A stretch of DNA of 64,000 nt from Terriglobia bacterium (GTDB lineage: Bacteria; Acidobacteriota; Terriglobia; 2-12-FULL-54-10), in NCBI GenBank assembly GCA_963666975.2, contig CAXVYR010000004.1, positions 928,001 to 992,000 on the forward strand. Direction: 5' to 3'. The notes beneath the pieces are model-generated. The model worked only from the letters and a program-made list of their open reading frames with translations, made no database searches and was not told the DNA's origin. The position numbers and the translations under genes were made by a program. This document shows positions 38,747-47,669 of the stretch, piece by piece. Each line of letters begins with the position of its first letter. The stretch's first letter is position 1.

Positions 38747-40720
38747 TCATGCCGGCGACTTCTGAAAGGAATTGAATATTTGCACATATTGAAGCACGGT
38801 CGACACAAAAGCCGAGTGACTCCATGTCAGAGGGGAAACAGAGAGGGGTCTGGCGTTCATCGGGTGAATTTGTTCGGCAAGAATTCCGGAGGTGAGGGAA
38901 TTTTTAGCACACCATTCAAGGTAGGGTATGGCTTCATGAAGCTGATCGACGGTTTGTGCTCGCGCGATAAGATATTCCGCAACCCAAAGTGTGGCGATTA
39001 CCCAGGGATTGCCCGGGAAATCCTTGGAGTTGCCGGAAGTGGCTTGGTAAGAATCATTTTGGTATCGCGCGAACCCGCCCACAGGGGTTTTGACCCACAA
39101 TTGCTCGCGGATGGCCTCCATGGTTTGGGCCACTTTAAGGTCATGGGCGTCGAGCACGCCCAAGGACACCAAGCCCGCGAGGCTGACGTCCAGCACTTCG
39201 TCAAGCTCGTATCCGGCGTTCTTCCGATAACCCGAACGGGCGTAACGCTTCAATTTCGGATGGTATAGATATTTGGTCAGAGCATTCTTGATCTCGACAG
39301 CTGCCGCTTCATAGGCCGTAGCCAAAGTGTGATCCCGAAATGTCTTAGCAAAGTTTGCTGCCGCCTGCAGCCCCGCAATCACCGCGGCGACCGTAAATGT
39401 GTGCACTCCATAACGCTCTTCCCAAAGGTCGTAGGAGGCGATAGGCAACAAGGTCTCGGCGTCCCGATGGGTAACCAGGAAGTCTGCGGATCTGGTAATG
39501 AGCGGTGTGTACAGAGGTCTGATGAATTCGATGTCCTTGGTGCATTCAAAGTGCATCCAGAGCGCCCATATCACCAGGGCGGTGGAATCCTCCTGAATGG
39601 GCAGGACGACCTTGCCATCCTGTATCCATGGGTGCCAATTGCTGGCCTGGGAGCCGTCGGAATTGTAGTGCTGAAATAGATAGCCTTCGTCCGAGAGGAC
39701 GGAAGAACAGAAGTTGAAGAATCGCCTGCACACCTCGGCATACCCCGACTTGGCCATAGCGGCGGCGACAAAGGCGCCGTCTCGACCCCACATGTAGGAG
39801 TAGGTATCACCTCCGAATCGCACGATGTCGGAATCGTTCGCCGCAATGATCGCTCCCTGGTTGTCGATCTGAGTCCTCAGGACAAGCAGGCTCCGGTTAA
39901 AAAGGTTGATAATTGTTGGGGGCAGGTCGGCGAAGGACCTGGAATCTTTATTGACCCATGTAACCCAGTAGTCCGAGGTCCTCATGATGATTTCCGCCGG
40001 AGAGGTTTCCTCTACGCGCTGATTGAGCTGAACCACTTCTTTGTATTTTGTGCCTGCCGCAATCCAGTAGTGGGCTACCGATCGACCGCCAGGAGGCAAA
40101 CGCAAGCGGATTGCGATCGTCGAATCGCTCGAACCCCAGGCTATCGGATTAGCGCTCAACTCCCCGTCCTCGGCGTCCTTCCGAGTCCCCTTCTCGCCGG
40201 AAAGCTCCTTGGGCCCGCAGGCGAAAAACTCCACTCCGTATTTTCCATTGACGCAACAATTGATGAGGAAATACCGGTTGGCCTTATAGTGGACGATGGA
40301 GCGCGTCCACGGATCAAAATAGGTGGTGTCGCCGATGTCGTTTCCGTAAAGATGAAGATCGTGATGAAAGAAAAGCCTCACATCCCGGTCTTTTTCGTGG
40401 AGGTTCAGGATATGGATTTCCTTCAGGTACACGTTCAGATCGAAATGCACCGCGTCGTGGCAGCGGAGTTCCACACCCAGGCCCTCGTTTTTGAGGGTTA
40501 CGTCAGTGACGGAGCTGAAGTTTTCCCGGTAGCGAAGTTTCTTCTGCCATCCGGCTCCTATCCAGGAGAATTGGCCGTCCACCCAAATTCCAAATAGGGA
40601 AGGATGCCCATTCGACTGATTTTCCTGGCCAATGTACGGGAAATAGATGTCGCGCAGACGGTAGTCGGAGTCAAAATTGAGAAGGAGAGAGCCATTGCTG
40701 ACGGGAATGTCTTTAGGCAT
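38747..40720 (-). CDS. Glycoside hydrolase family 15 (glucoamylase-like)
   Basis: YSYMWGRDGA, QEDST, DLWEER and LAEQ..PLTWSHS. Confidence 0.92.
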   Translation of the reverse strand: MPKDIPVSNGSLLLNFDSDYRLRDIYFPYIGQENQSNGHPSLFGIWVDGQFSWIGAGWQKKLRYRENFSSVTDVTLKNEGLGVELRCHDAVHFDLNVYLKEIHILNLHEKDRDVRLFFHHDLHLYGNDIGDTTYFDPWTRSIVHYKANRYFLINCCVNGKYGVEFFACGPKELSGEKGTRKDAEDGELSANPIAWGSSDSTIAIRLRLPPGGRSVAHYWIAAGTKYKEVVQLNQRVEETSPAEIIMRTSDYWVTWVNKDSRSFADLPPTIINLFNRSLLVLRTQIDNQGAIIAANDSDIVRFGGDTYSYMWGRDGAFVAAAMAKSGYAEVCRRFFNFCSSVLSDEGYLFQHYNSDGSQASNWHPWIQDGKVVLPIQEDSTALVIWALWMHFECTKDIEFIRPLYTPLITRSADFLVTHRDAETLLPIASYDLWEERYGVHTFTVAAVIAGLQAAANFAKTFRDHTLATAYEAAAVEIKNALTKYLYHPKLKRYARSGYRKNAGYELDEVLDVSLAGLVSLGVLDAHDLKVAQTMEAIREQLWVKTPVGGFARYQNDSYQATSGNSKDFPGNPWVIATLWVAEYLIARAQTVDQLHEAIPYLEWCAKNSLTSGILAEQIHPMNARPLSVSPLTWSHSAFVSTVLQYVQIFNSFQKSPA

Positions 40721-40737
40721 TAGCTTTGGGAGGAAGT

Positions 40738-41100
40738 CTGCAGCATTTTACGGATTGATGTATAGGGGTTCGTCAGGGCACGACTTCAGTCGTGCCGCAC
40801 GAGGCCAGCCATTAGGGGTTTTAACCCCTGACGGGACCCGATAGAAACATATGAACCTCAGCGGCTAAACAGGCTGCTGAAAAAAGAACCAAAGTGGTAA
40901 CTTTTGGCGCTCTTCGCCGAAACGTTGGCTCGTAAGTTATTGAATCGTCATTCGGCAAAATTCCGATTTGATCCTTTCGAGCCTTTTTTCAGCAGCCTGT
41001 AAAGCCGCTCTGCCTCCCCTGCTTTTTTCGGCACGGTTAAAACCGTGCCCTGACGCAGATCTCAGTTTCCATCTATACACCAATTTGAAAAATGCTCTAG
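40738..41100. mobile_element. Nested non-autonomous repeat: outer inverted repeats > REP-like hairpin cluster (40771-41055) > 130-bp MITE (40870-40999)
   Basis: Outer AGCATTTT..TTGRTGTATAG IRs; REP ends CGTCAGGGCACG/CGTGCCCTGACG. The inner TIRs are CAGGCTGCTGAAAAAAG, with TAAA duplicated at 40866-40869 and 41000-41003. Confidence 0.8.
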
Positions 41101-41118
41101 CGCGACACAGGAAGCTCC

Positions 41119-42356
41119 TTACATTACTGGCACGGGAATTGACGGTGGCTCAAGAGGATGATGCTTGAATTGGTGTTCCTCGATAACTTGCCGATAAACG
41201 TCAATGTAATCTTGAACCATTCTGGCGAGGGAGAAGTTTTGTTGGATATGGCGGCGGCACGCGCGCCGGTCGATCGTATCGAGCCGCTCCAGCGAGGCGA
41301 CCATGCCATCCAGGGAATCTACCAGAAAGCCGGTTTCTCCGTCTACCACAATTTCCGGCAGGGCGCCCCTCTTCATCGCCAAAACGGGGGTTCCGCAGGC
41401 CATGGATTCGATCGAGACCAAGCCAAACGGCTCTCCCCACTGAATTGGAAACAGAGTGGCTATGGCATGCTGGTACCAATGCTTCTTTGCAGAGGTGTTT
41501 AATTCCCCAATGAAAATAACCTGCTTATCGCAGTCGACAAGGGGCTTGATCACTGAGCTGTAATAGTTCTTCCCGACCTCAAACTTGCTGACATCTACAA
41601 CCAAGTCGATAGAACCCCGTAGGGATTCAAAAAAGGCTTTGTCTTCCACCTTATTTTGCACAGACCCGGCTATGAAAAGCTTGCAACCGCTTTTCCGGGC
41701 AAGCTCAATGGCCTTGTCTTGTCCCTTGTCGGGGGTAATTCTCCCGATCGTGAATAGATAACCGTTTCCAATCGGTGCAGTCGACACGGGGAAGGTCTCC
41801 ACGTCGACTCCGTGGTGAATCACTCGATAGATATTTACCAGCGTGGAGTACTCTCGCTTTTGATGCTCACTAATGGCAATGAAATATACAGAAGGCTGCG
41901 GCTCGTATCCCGTTCCAGTGCTCAGAGACTTCATCGAGGCCGCTCTGCGTCGCGGGCACGTGCAGGGTGACGACGATGGGGAGGGGAGGGTTGAACACAC
42001 CATTGTATAAATGACGCACCCATTCGTGCATATGAACGACGTCGATATCCCCTCTCATCGCCCGTTTCAGGGTGTGAGTCAGATGGCTCAGCAGTAGTTC
42101 CTCTGATTCTTGGCCATCCTCCTGGCAATAGCCGCCAAAACCTTGACGAACCGTCACGTGCCTTTCTCCCACGGTTTGGGAGTCAGCGGAGCACGCCACG
42201 ATGGAGCGATGCCCCGCCGAGGCTAGCCCTTTGTCAACATTGCAGATTACTGTTTCGACCGGGCCATACCCCTGGTCAGGCCTGATAGCTTTATTCAAGG
42301 TGCCTACTTGCAAAACAGCTAGCTTATCGATCGCTTCTACTTTATCTGGGATACAT
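41119..42356 (-). pseudogene. Frameshifted GT4 family glycosyltransferase
   Basis: The N-half (GYGPVET, VHMH, VVTLH) is in ORF 41870..42553 and the C-half (GRITPDKG, EPFGLVSIESMACGTP) in ORF 41119..42003. The shift is near 41905 and the start is uncertain. Confidence 0.8.
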
Positions 42357-42803
42357 TGTTTTCTGGGCCGAATAGCCGCGGGACCGATGCGTTGAGGGAT
42401 GTCCCCGGTGCAGTTGGAGGTCCTTGTGGGGATCCAAAGGTCATCCTCATCCATGCACTTGCTGCCCAGCCGGGACTCCATCCTGATGGCCATATCAACC
42501 AATCTTCCCATTTGTTGAACTTTTCTCCCGGACAAGCAGCATACATCAACCACACTGTCGCGGCAACGGCTTCCCTGCGAAGCTCGAAGAGTGGAGGGCT
42601 TTCGTGAGAGCTGTCGTCACTTTTGAGGCGGGTGCAGTGGGGCTGCCAAAACCCATTTCTTTTCGCCACACCGCTGGCCTACTTCAAGGTAGTGGACAAC
42701 GATTCATCAGGTTAGTTTCATGGTTTCTGTAGACCGTATCCGCAGTTGGAAAAATCAAAGCGGAGGCGGCGTCGTGTGGAGTGGCGATTGAACAGAGTTC
42801 GGA

Positions 42804-42831
42804 CCCGCTCCCTGTCGGTCGCGGCTCGGAT
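42804..42831 (+). repeat. REP-like intergenic repeat
   Basis: CCCGCTCCCTGTCGGTCGCGGCTCGGAT; related copies at 22338-22364, 26027-26037 (partial) and inverted at 50334-50350. Confidence 0.6.
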
Positions 42832-42912
42832 CGGCTTTCACAAGTCTACAGCATCCATGAAACTGGTCGGAAATATCCAGCAGGCCTTTATATTCAGAAA
42901 GTTAAAGGCTGC

Positions 42913-44721
42913 TCAAAAGATAACAGTAAAGCCGCCGCGGAAGGAGCGTTCGGCAGGGAATACATAGCTTGGCCCGTTAGGCGTCTGAACCGGCATGTAA
43001 CCCTGCGCCAGTAGGTTATGGAAATCGGCGAGAGCTTCAATTTGGACCGGCAGAATTCCCGGAGAAGGAAGCGGCTGCAAAACAACTACATTCAGGTAAG
43101 GATAAGCCTGAGCCAGACCCCGGTCGTAGGGATCAATGGGCACGAGGAATTTGTTCTGGACCCACTTATAGGACGTCCTGACCTGCGTCTCTGTCGCAGG
43201 AACGGTTGTACTCATCTTCAGCACGAGGGCGTGCCCGCGATGTGCCTCCACCAAGTCCCGCAAAGCCCGGGAATTCTCGGCGGCCAAATCATCGGAAACA
43301 GCCCGCAGTCCTCCGGCGTAGCTGTAACCCAGAACGAGCAGCGAATTTTCCGACAGTTTGGCTCCAACGGCAGTTCGCGCACCCGCCGAGGAGTAATCGC
43401 CCCCGCTCAGGAAATAGCGGTTCGAGAAGGGATCGCGGAGCAAGCCCGCCAGCACGCTCCCGGCGCCTTGCACCCCCATGGAGAGGGCCCTGTCGGAGAG
43501 AGAGTCATGGAAGGCTGCGGCTTGCAACACGTAACGGCCCCCCAATTCCTGCTCCAGAGAAGCTTCGAGATGCCGTCCTCTCTCCAGGACAGCATTGGAA
43601 GCGCCGTTGCTGCTGATTTGCGGGATGGCCAGCATCTGTTCCATCACGTCCCGGTCCGGTTCCAACCCCGAAGGCAAAACCCTGGGAGCCGCCGCAGTAA
43701 ATCCAAACTGCAACCGCGTTTGTTCCGCAGGCGCATAGGTGATATGGGCAAAAGGACTCCATCGGCTTACTCGGTCGCCGATGTGGAGCGTGTCGAAGAG
43801 CATGCCATAATGGAAGCGGAGATTGTTTGCCAGCGCCGTCTCATCCTCGTAGCCAATGGTCATCGACTGGATTCGCTCGCCGGAGGATTTTCCCGTCTGC
43901 ACGCTTCCCGGCCTGTACTCACCGGGAAAAGATAGCTGTCGCACGGTGGCGGAAAAAGAGGAGTTCGGCCCGCTGGCGGAGCGGCGGTTCCATGCGGTTC
44001 GGAAACTTGAGGCCGGCGTGCCGCGCTCCCAGCCCGCCGAGCCGGCCAGCCCCACGGTGTCAGTGCCCGTCAGAGCGTACTCCATGGCAAAGGTAGTATG
44101 GAGGCCCGGGTCGTTGCCGAATCCGCGAGACCCGGCCCCTGCCGAGACCTGCACCGTCCCCCGCAAGGCCCGCTCACGCGGGTCCTGAAGCGTTGCCGAA
44201 GAGTTCTTGCCGTTTTCTGTTTCCTCCAGGAAGCGCAAGATGGGACGCGTGGGAGCGGCGCTGCGGAGAATCCATTTCCATTCTTCGCGCGCCCTGCTGG
44301 CGTTCTCCGGCAGGCCGACCTCCAGGGACTCGGCCAATGTCCACAGGTTGATATGCATCGAAGCCTGTTTCCCGGCCTGGACGCTTACGGGAGCTTTCCA
44401 GAAGGGCAGGTAGCTCGGCAAGAAGATGGCGACCGCGTAATTGCCAGGCAGCAAGCGGGACAGGGTGAAGCGCCCTTCGCCGTTGGTATATACCTTGCGG
44501 GTGATCCGGCCGTCCCGGTGCGTCGCGGTAACAGGAACACCCGATTGCGTCACGCCCTTGCGATCGGTTACCTGTCCCGCTATCGTGCCGTAGCGGCCCG
44601 CGGCGGCCGCTTGGGCTGGAACGCCTTCGGCCGCAACCGTTGCCGGCCGGAACAAACCCAGCCCGCACAAACTCCCGCACAAACCCAGGATGAGAGGTAA
44701 GCTCCAGCTTCGTGAACTCAT
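42913..44721 (-). CDS. Exported protein: carboxypeptidase-regulatory-like domain plus probable outer-membrane beta-barrel
   Basis: Signal peptide, GTIAGQVTD..GRFTLSRLLPGNY, alternating beta-strand pattern and C-terminal F. Confidence 0.75.
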   Translation of the reverse strand: MSSRSWSLPLILGLCGSLCGLGLFRPATVAAEGVPAQAAAAGRYGTIAGQVTDRKGVTQSGVPVTATHRDGRITRKVYTNGEGRFTLSRLLPGNYAVAIFLPSYLPFWKAPVSVQAGKQASMHINLWTLAESLEVGLPENASRAREEWKWILRSAAPTRPILRFLEETENGKNSSATLQDPRERALRGTVQVSAGAGSRGFGNDPGLHTTFAMEYALTGTDTVGLAGSAGWERGTPASSFRTAWNRRSASGPNSSFSATVRQLSFPGEYRPGSVQTGKSSGERIQSMTIGYEDETALANNLRFHYGMLFDTLHIGDRVSRWSPFAHITYAPAEQTRLQFGFTAAAPRVLPSGLEPDRDVMEQMLAIPQISSNGASNAVLERGRHLEASLEQELGGRYVLQAAAFHDSLSDRALSMGVQGAGSVLAGLLRDPFSNRYFLSGGDYSSAGARTAVGAKLSENSLLVLGYSYAGGLRAVSDDLAAENSRALRDLVEAHRGHALVLKMSTTVPATETQVRTSYKWVQNKFLVPIDPYDRGLAQAYPYLNVVVLQPLPSPGILPVQIEALADFHNLLAQGYMPVQTPNGPSYVFPAERSFRGGFTVIF

Positions 44722-44741
44722 GACATCGCCTCTTGTGCGCT

Positions 44742-46451
44742 CTACCGCACGGTGAATTCGGCAGAAGGCGCGATCGACTTTTTCGTAATATTGTCGGTGA
44801 CCTTCACCTGCATGGTGTACCGGCCCGGCTCCAGGGAGGTGAGAGGCAGCATCTTCTCGACGATCACCTGATAGGGAGAAGCCTCCGGCAGCGTCGCCGC
44901 GTCTTCCTCAAACTGCAAGACCGGTTCGTCGCCCTTCAAAAGACTGTATTCGATTGTGCCTGTCGGCTTGTGCCCGCTGGCATCCGGTTTCAGGTTGTAG
45001 ACTTGCAAATAAATTCCCAGCTTCTGATCCCTGTTGAACGAATCCGTCACCGTCGGCCGGACCTTGGTGCTACCAATCACAAACTGGCCCATCCCGATCG
45101 ATTTGCTGGGAACCTTCTGGATCAGGTCCGCCAGAATCAAGGTGCTGGTGGAGAGCTGGTCTTCTTCGAAACGAGGCACTTCCATCCGCAATTGCAGGGT
45201 TCCCATATTGCCGCTTTTGACGTCCTTCAGCGCCAGGCTCAGGCGGTACAGCCCCGGCCGCAACGGAAGCGACTTCCAGTAAACGGAAGGCTTTTCCAAG
45301 GTCTGTTCCAGCAAGGAATCCGGGATGTCCAGGGACATGGTGTCCTCAAAGGTTTGCACCACCCGGCGGGTCAGCGTGCTGACGCGCCCGAAAATGTTCA
45401 CCACCGCCTGCTGGACGCCGCTGTTGTTTTCAAACGTCAGGTCTTTGTTCGTCAGCGATACGGTTACGCCGGCCAGCACGGTGTCCTCGGTAAGCTTGAC
45501 GAAATCCATGCGCGCCTGGAAAGGCAGCGAGTTAAAGCGAATGTTGGTGGTGACGACTTCTTCCAGGTCCTTGAACTTGATGGCGGGAGCTCTTTGGATG
45601 TTGGCGAGCAATGCCAGGCGGTCAAACTGGTTTCCCTTGCCCATGGTGTGGCCGCCAGGGCTGCTGTCTGTCGTGCGCCGGGGCAGATGCGTTCCGTCGG
45701 TGCGGTTGAAACGGTCCACCTTGCTCGAAAGCCCCATCTGCTCCATCAGCGAAAGACCGGCGCCGGGTATGTGCAGCAGGGCGTCTTTTTCCGACGGGTC
45801 TATGGTCAAACGGTACTCGCCCGTCAGGGTGGGATCGACGAACTCCAACTCGATGTTCTGCCCGACCCCCTCAATGTATCGGTAGCGCCACGTCTCAAAG
45901 GGGAATGTGGAAGTCGATCCGCCGCCTTCTTCGATGGGACGGTTGTAGTGTCCGCCCGAGGGATGAGCGTCGATTTCATCCGGCGGGCCCCACATGATGT
46001 AAACGCGTCCCCGGTCGGCTTTCCAGCCCGGAATGCCGCTGGCAAAATGCTGGTTGACGTAAGCGATCCGGCGGTAGTGCTCTTCGCGGTAGTCGTTGTC
46101 CATCGATTCCGGGTCCGGATTGCGCCGCAGCCAGAATTGCTCGATGAACTGCTCCCGTTCCTCGTCGTTTTGCAGATTCTTGAAAACGTCCCGCTCCTCG
46201 TCGGTGATGATGTAGGAGACGTCCTGATCAATCCACTTCTTGAAGGCGCCCGCTAACTCCCGCTCGAGAGCTTCTTCCCTTCGCCGCCGCTCCCCTTCGG
46301 AGAGCTCCGGCGCATCGCTTTGTTCTACGAGTTCCGAGGGTGATTCGAGATCTGATTGCGCAGGAAGAAGGGTGGGGAAAATAAAACTACCGGCGAGAAA
46401 AATCAAAACGCTCAACGAGCAACAGCGACCCAGCATGCCCTGCATATCCAA
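44742..46451 (-). CDS. GWxTD domain-containing protein
   Basis: WIDQDVSYII, FIEQFWLRRNPDP, EHYRRIAY and GWKADRGRVYIMWGPPD. Confidence 0.9.
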   Translation of the reverse strand: MDMQGMLGRCCSLSVLIFLAGSFIFPTLLPAQSDLESPSELVEQSDAPELSEGERRRREEALERELAGAFKKWIDQDVSYIITDEERDVFKNLQNDEEREQFIEQFWLRRNPDPESMDNDYREEHYRRIAYVNQHFASGIPGWKADRGRVYIMWGPPDEIDAHPSGGHYNRPIEEGGGSTSTFPFETWRYRYIEGVGQNIELEFVDPTLTGEYRLTIDPSEKDALLHIPGAGLSLMEQMGLSSKVDRFNRTDGTHLPRRTTDSSPGGHTMGKGNQFDRLALLANIQRAPAIKFKDLEEVVTTNIRFNSLPFQARMDFVKLTEDTVLAGVTVSLTNKDLTFENNSGVQQAVVNIFGRVSTLTRRVVQTFEDTMSLDIPDSLLEQTLEKPSVYWKSLPLRPGLYRLSLALKDVKSGNMGTLQLRMEVPRFEEDQLSTSTLILADLIQKVPSKSIGMGQFVIGSTKVRPTVTDSFNRDQKLGIYLQVYNLKPDASGHKPTGTIEYSLLKGDEPVLQFEEDAATLPEASPYQVIVEKMLPLTSLEPGRYTMQVKVTDNITKKSIAPSAEFTVR

Positions 46452-46751
46452 CTCCCCTCTTTACTCTAAACCCATTAGGCTAGTTTTAGTTATTGTATGT
46501 AGCTGTCCCCGAAGGAGTCAAGGAAAAAGACGGTTTCTGTTGCGAGAAAACCGGCCGTGATTTGCACTGCGACGCTGCCTTTCCGCTTGCACTTGCGTGC
46601 GGCAGCCGGTGCGGTTCGGTTGCGCGAATTCCGCTGTCCGGTCATGCTGCCTGCTGCCTGATTCTTTGCCACCCTAGATTCAAAGCTCTGCTTGACTCTC
46701 GACCTTAGCCTTCCAAATATCGGAGATCACCCCTGGATTAGGCCTCGACTT

Positions 46752-46780
46752 TTAGATGCCGATCCAGAACAGCCGTTGCA
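46752..46780 (-). promoter_or_regulatory. Possible ECF-sigma promoter upstream of the GWxTD gene
   Basis: On the minus strand TGCAAC-N16-CATCTAA, resembling the AAC/-35 and TCTAA/-10 ECF pattern. Confidence 0.35.
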
Positions 46781-47063
46781 TTGTATTGCACGATGATCGA
46801 CATCTTGTAATCCTTCCGTTGCATTCTTTCCTCCTCTCGGTTATTCGCCGAGTTCTCAGGGCTGATTCTCAAGCCGGATGTATGCCAGGGTAGAGATTTG
46901 GCAGCAGCAAAATAAAGTGGGAGAATTTATGTTCTGTCTATTTTGTTGATAATAAACAAAATATAATTCATGACATTAATACGCTCATATTATATTATGT
47001 AATAACACTTATATAAATAAGGATCATCTGGGTGCCAGAACATCAAAATTTGGGAGGTGCAAT

Positions 47064-47528
47064 ATGTCAGCGTTGATTCGTTGGGAGCCATTCCGGAGCG
47101 TGCCATCATTCCCGGGCCGCCTGGACCGTATATTTGGCAACTTCTTTGGTCGGGGTAGCTGCGGAATCGATGAGGACCTTTCCGTGGGACTCTGGAATCC
47201 CTCCGTGGATGTCTATGAGACCAAGGACCACATCGTGCTGAAGGCCGAAATTCCTGAAGTGGACGGGAAGGATGTGGAGATCTCCGTGCAAGGGAATACT
47301 CTGACGCTCCAAGGCGAGCGGAAGCAGGATGATGAGGTGAAAGAAGACAGCTATTACCGCAGGGAGCGCCGGTACGGGAGCTTTACCCGCAGTTTTACCT
47401 TGCCCGACACGGTTGATCCTGAGAAAATCCATGCCAGTTTCTCTCAGGGTGTGCTCAAGGTAACTCTGCCCAAGCGGGAGGAAAGCAAGCCGAAGCAGGT
47501 CAAAGTAAAAATCGAGAGCGAGAAGTAA
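47064..47528 (+). CDS. Hsp20/alpha-crystallin small heat-shock protein
   Basis: PSVDVYET, ERRYGSFTRSFTLP and GVLKVTLPK; GGAGG RBS. Confidence 0.95.
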   Translation: MSALIRWEPFRSVPSFPGRLDRIFGNFFGRGSCGIDEDLSVGLWNPSVDVYETKDHIVLKAEIPEVDGKDVEISVQGNTLTLQGERKQDDEVKEDSYYRRERRYGSFTRSFTLPDTVDPEKIHASFSQGVLKVTLPKREESKPKQVKVKIESEK

Positions 47529-47560
47529 AGCCGGTCCGGGCAATGTTGCCTCGGCATGCG

Positions 47561-47599
47561 GACGGAGGGGGCTCCCGCAAGGAGCCGCCCTTCGTTTTT
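47561..47599 (+). terminator. Possible intrinsic terminator/attenuator between hsp20 and clpB
   Basis: GC-rich hairpin GGCTCC-CGCAA-GGAGCC, extendable by GAGGG/CCCTTC and followed by TTTTT. Confidence 0.45.
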
Positions 47600-47669
47600 G
47601 CCGCTGGCGTCCGGAGCGGATTGCCGCAATTTCAAAGGAAAAGAGAAATCAGAAGAAAAGAGAAACCCC

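Noticed and set aside
46978-47005. dif-like site (..CATATTATATTATGTAATAA)
   Set aside because: The XerD-like half is partial, and the XerC half and 6-bp spacing do not fit. It is likely chance in an AT-rich tract.
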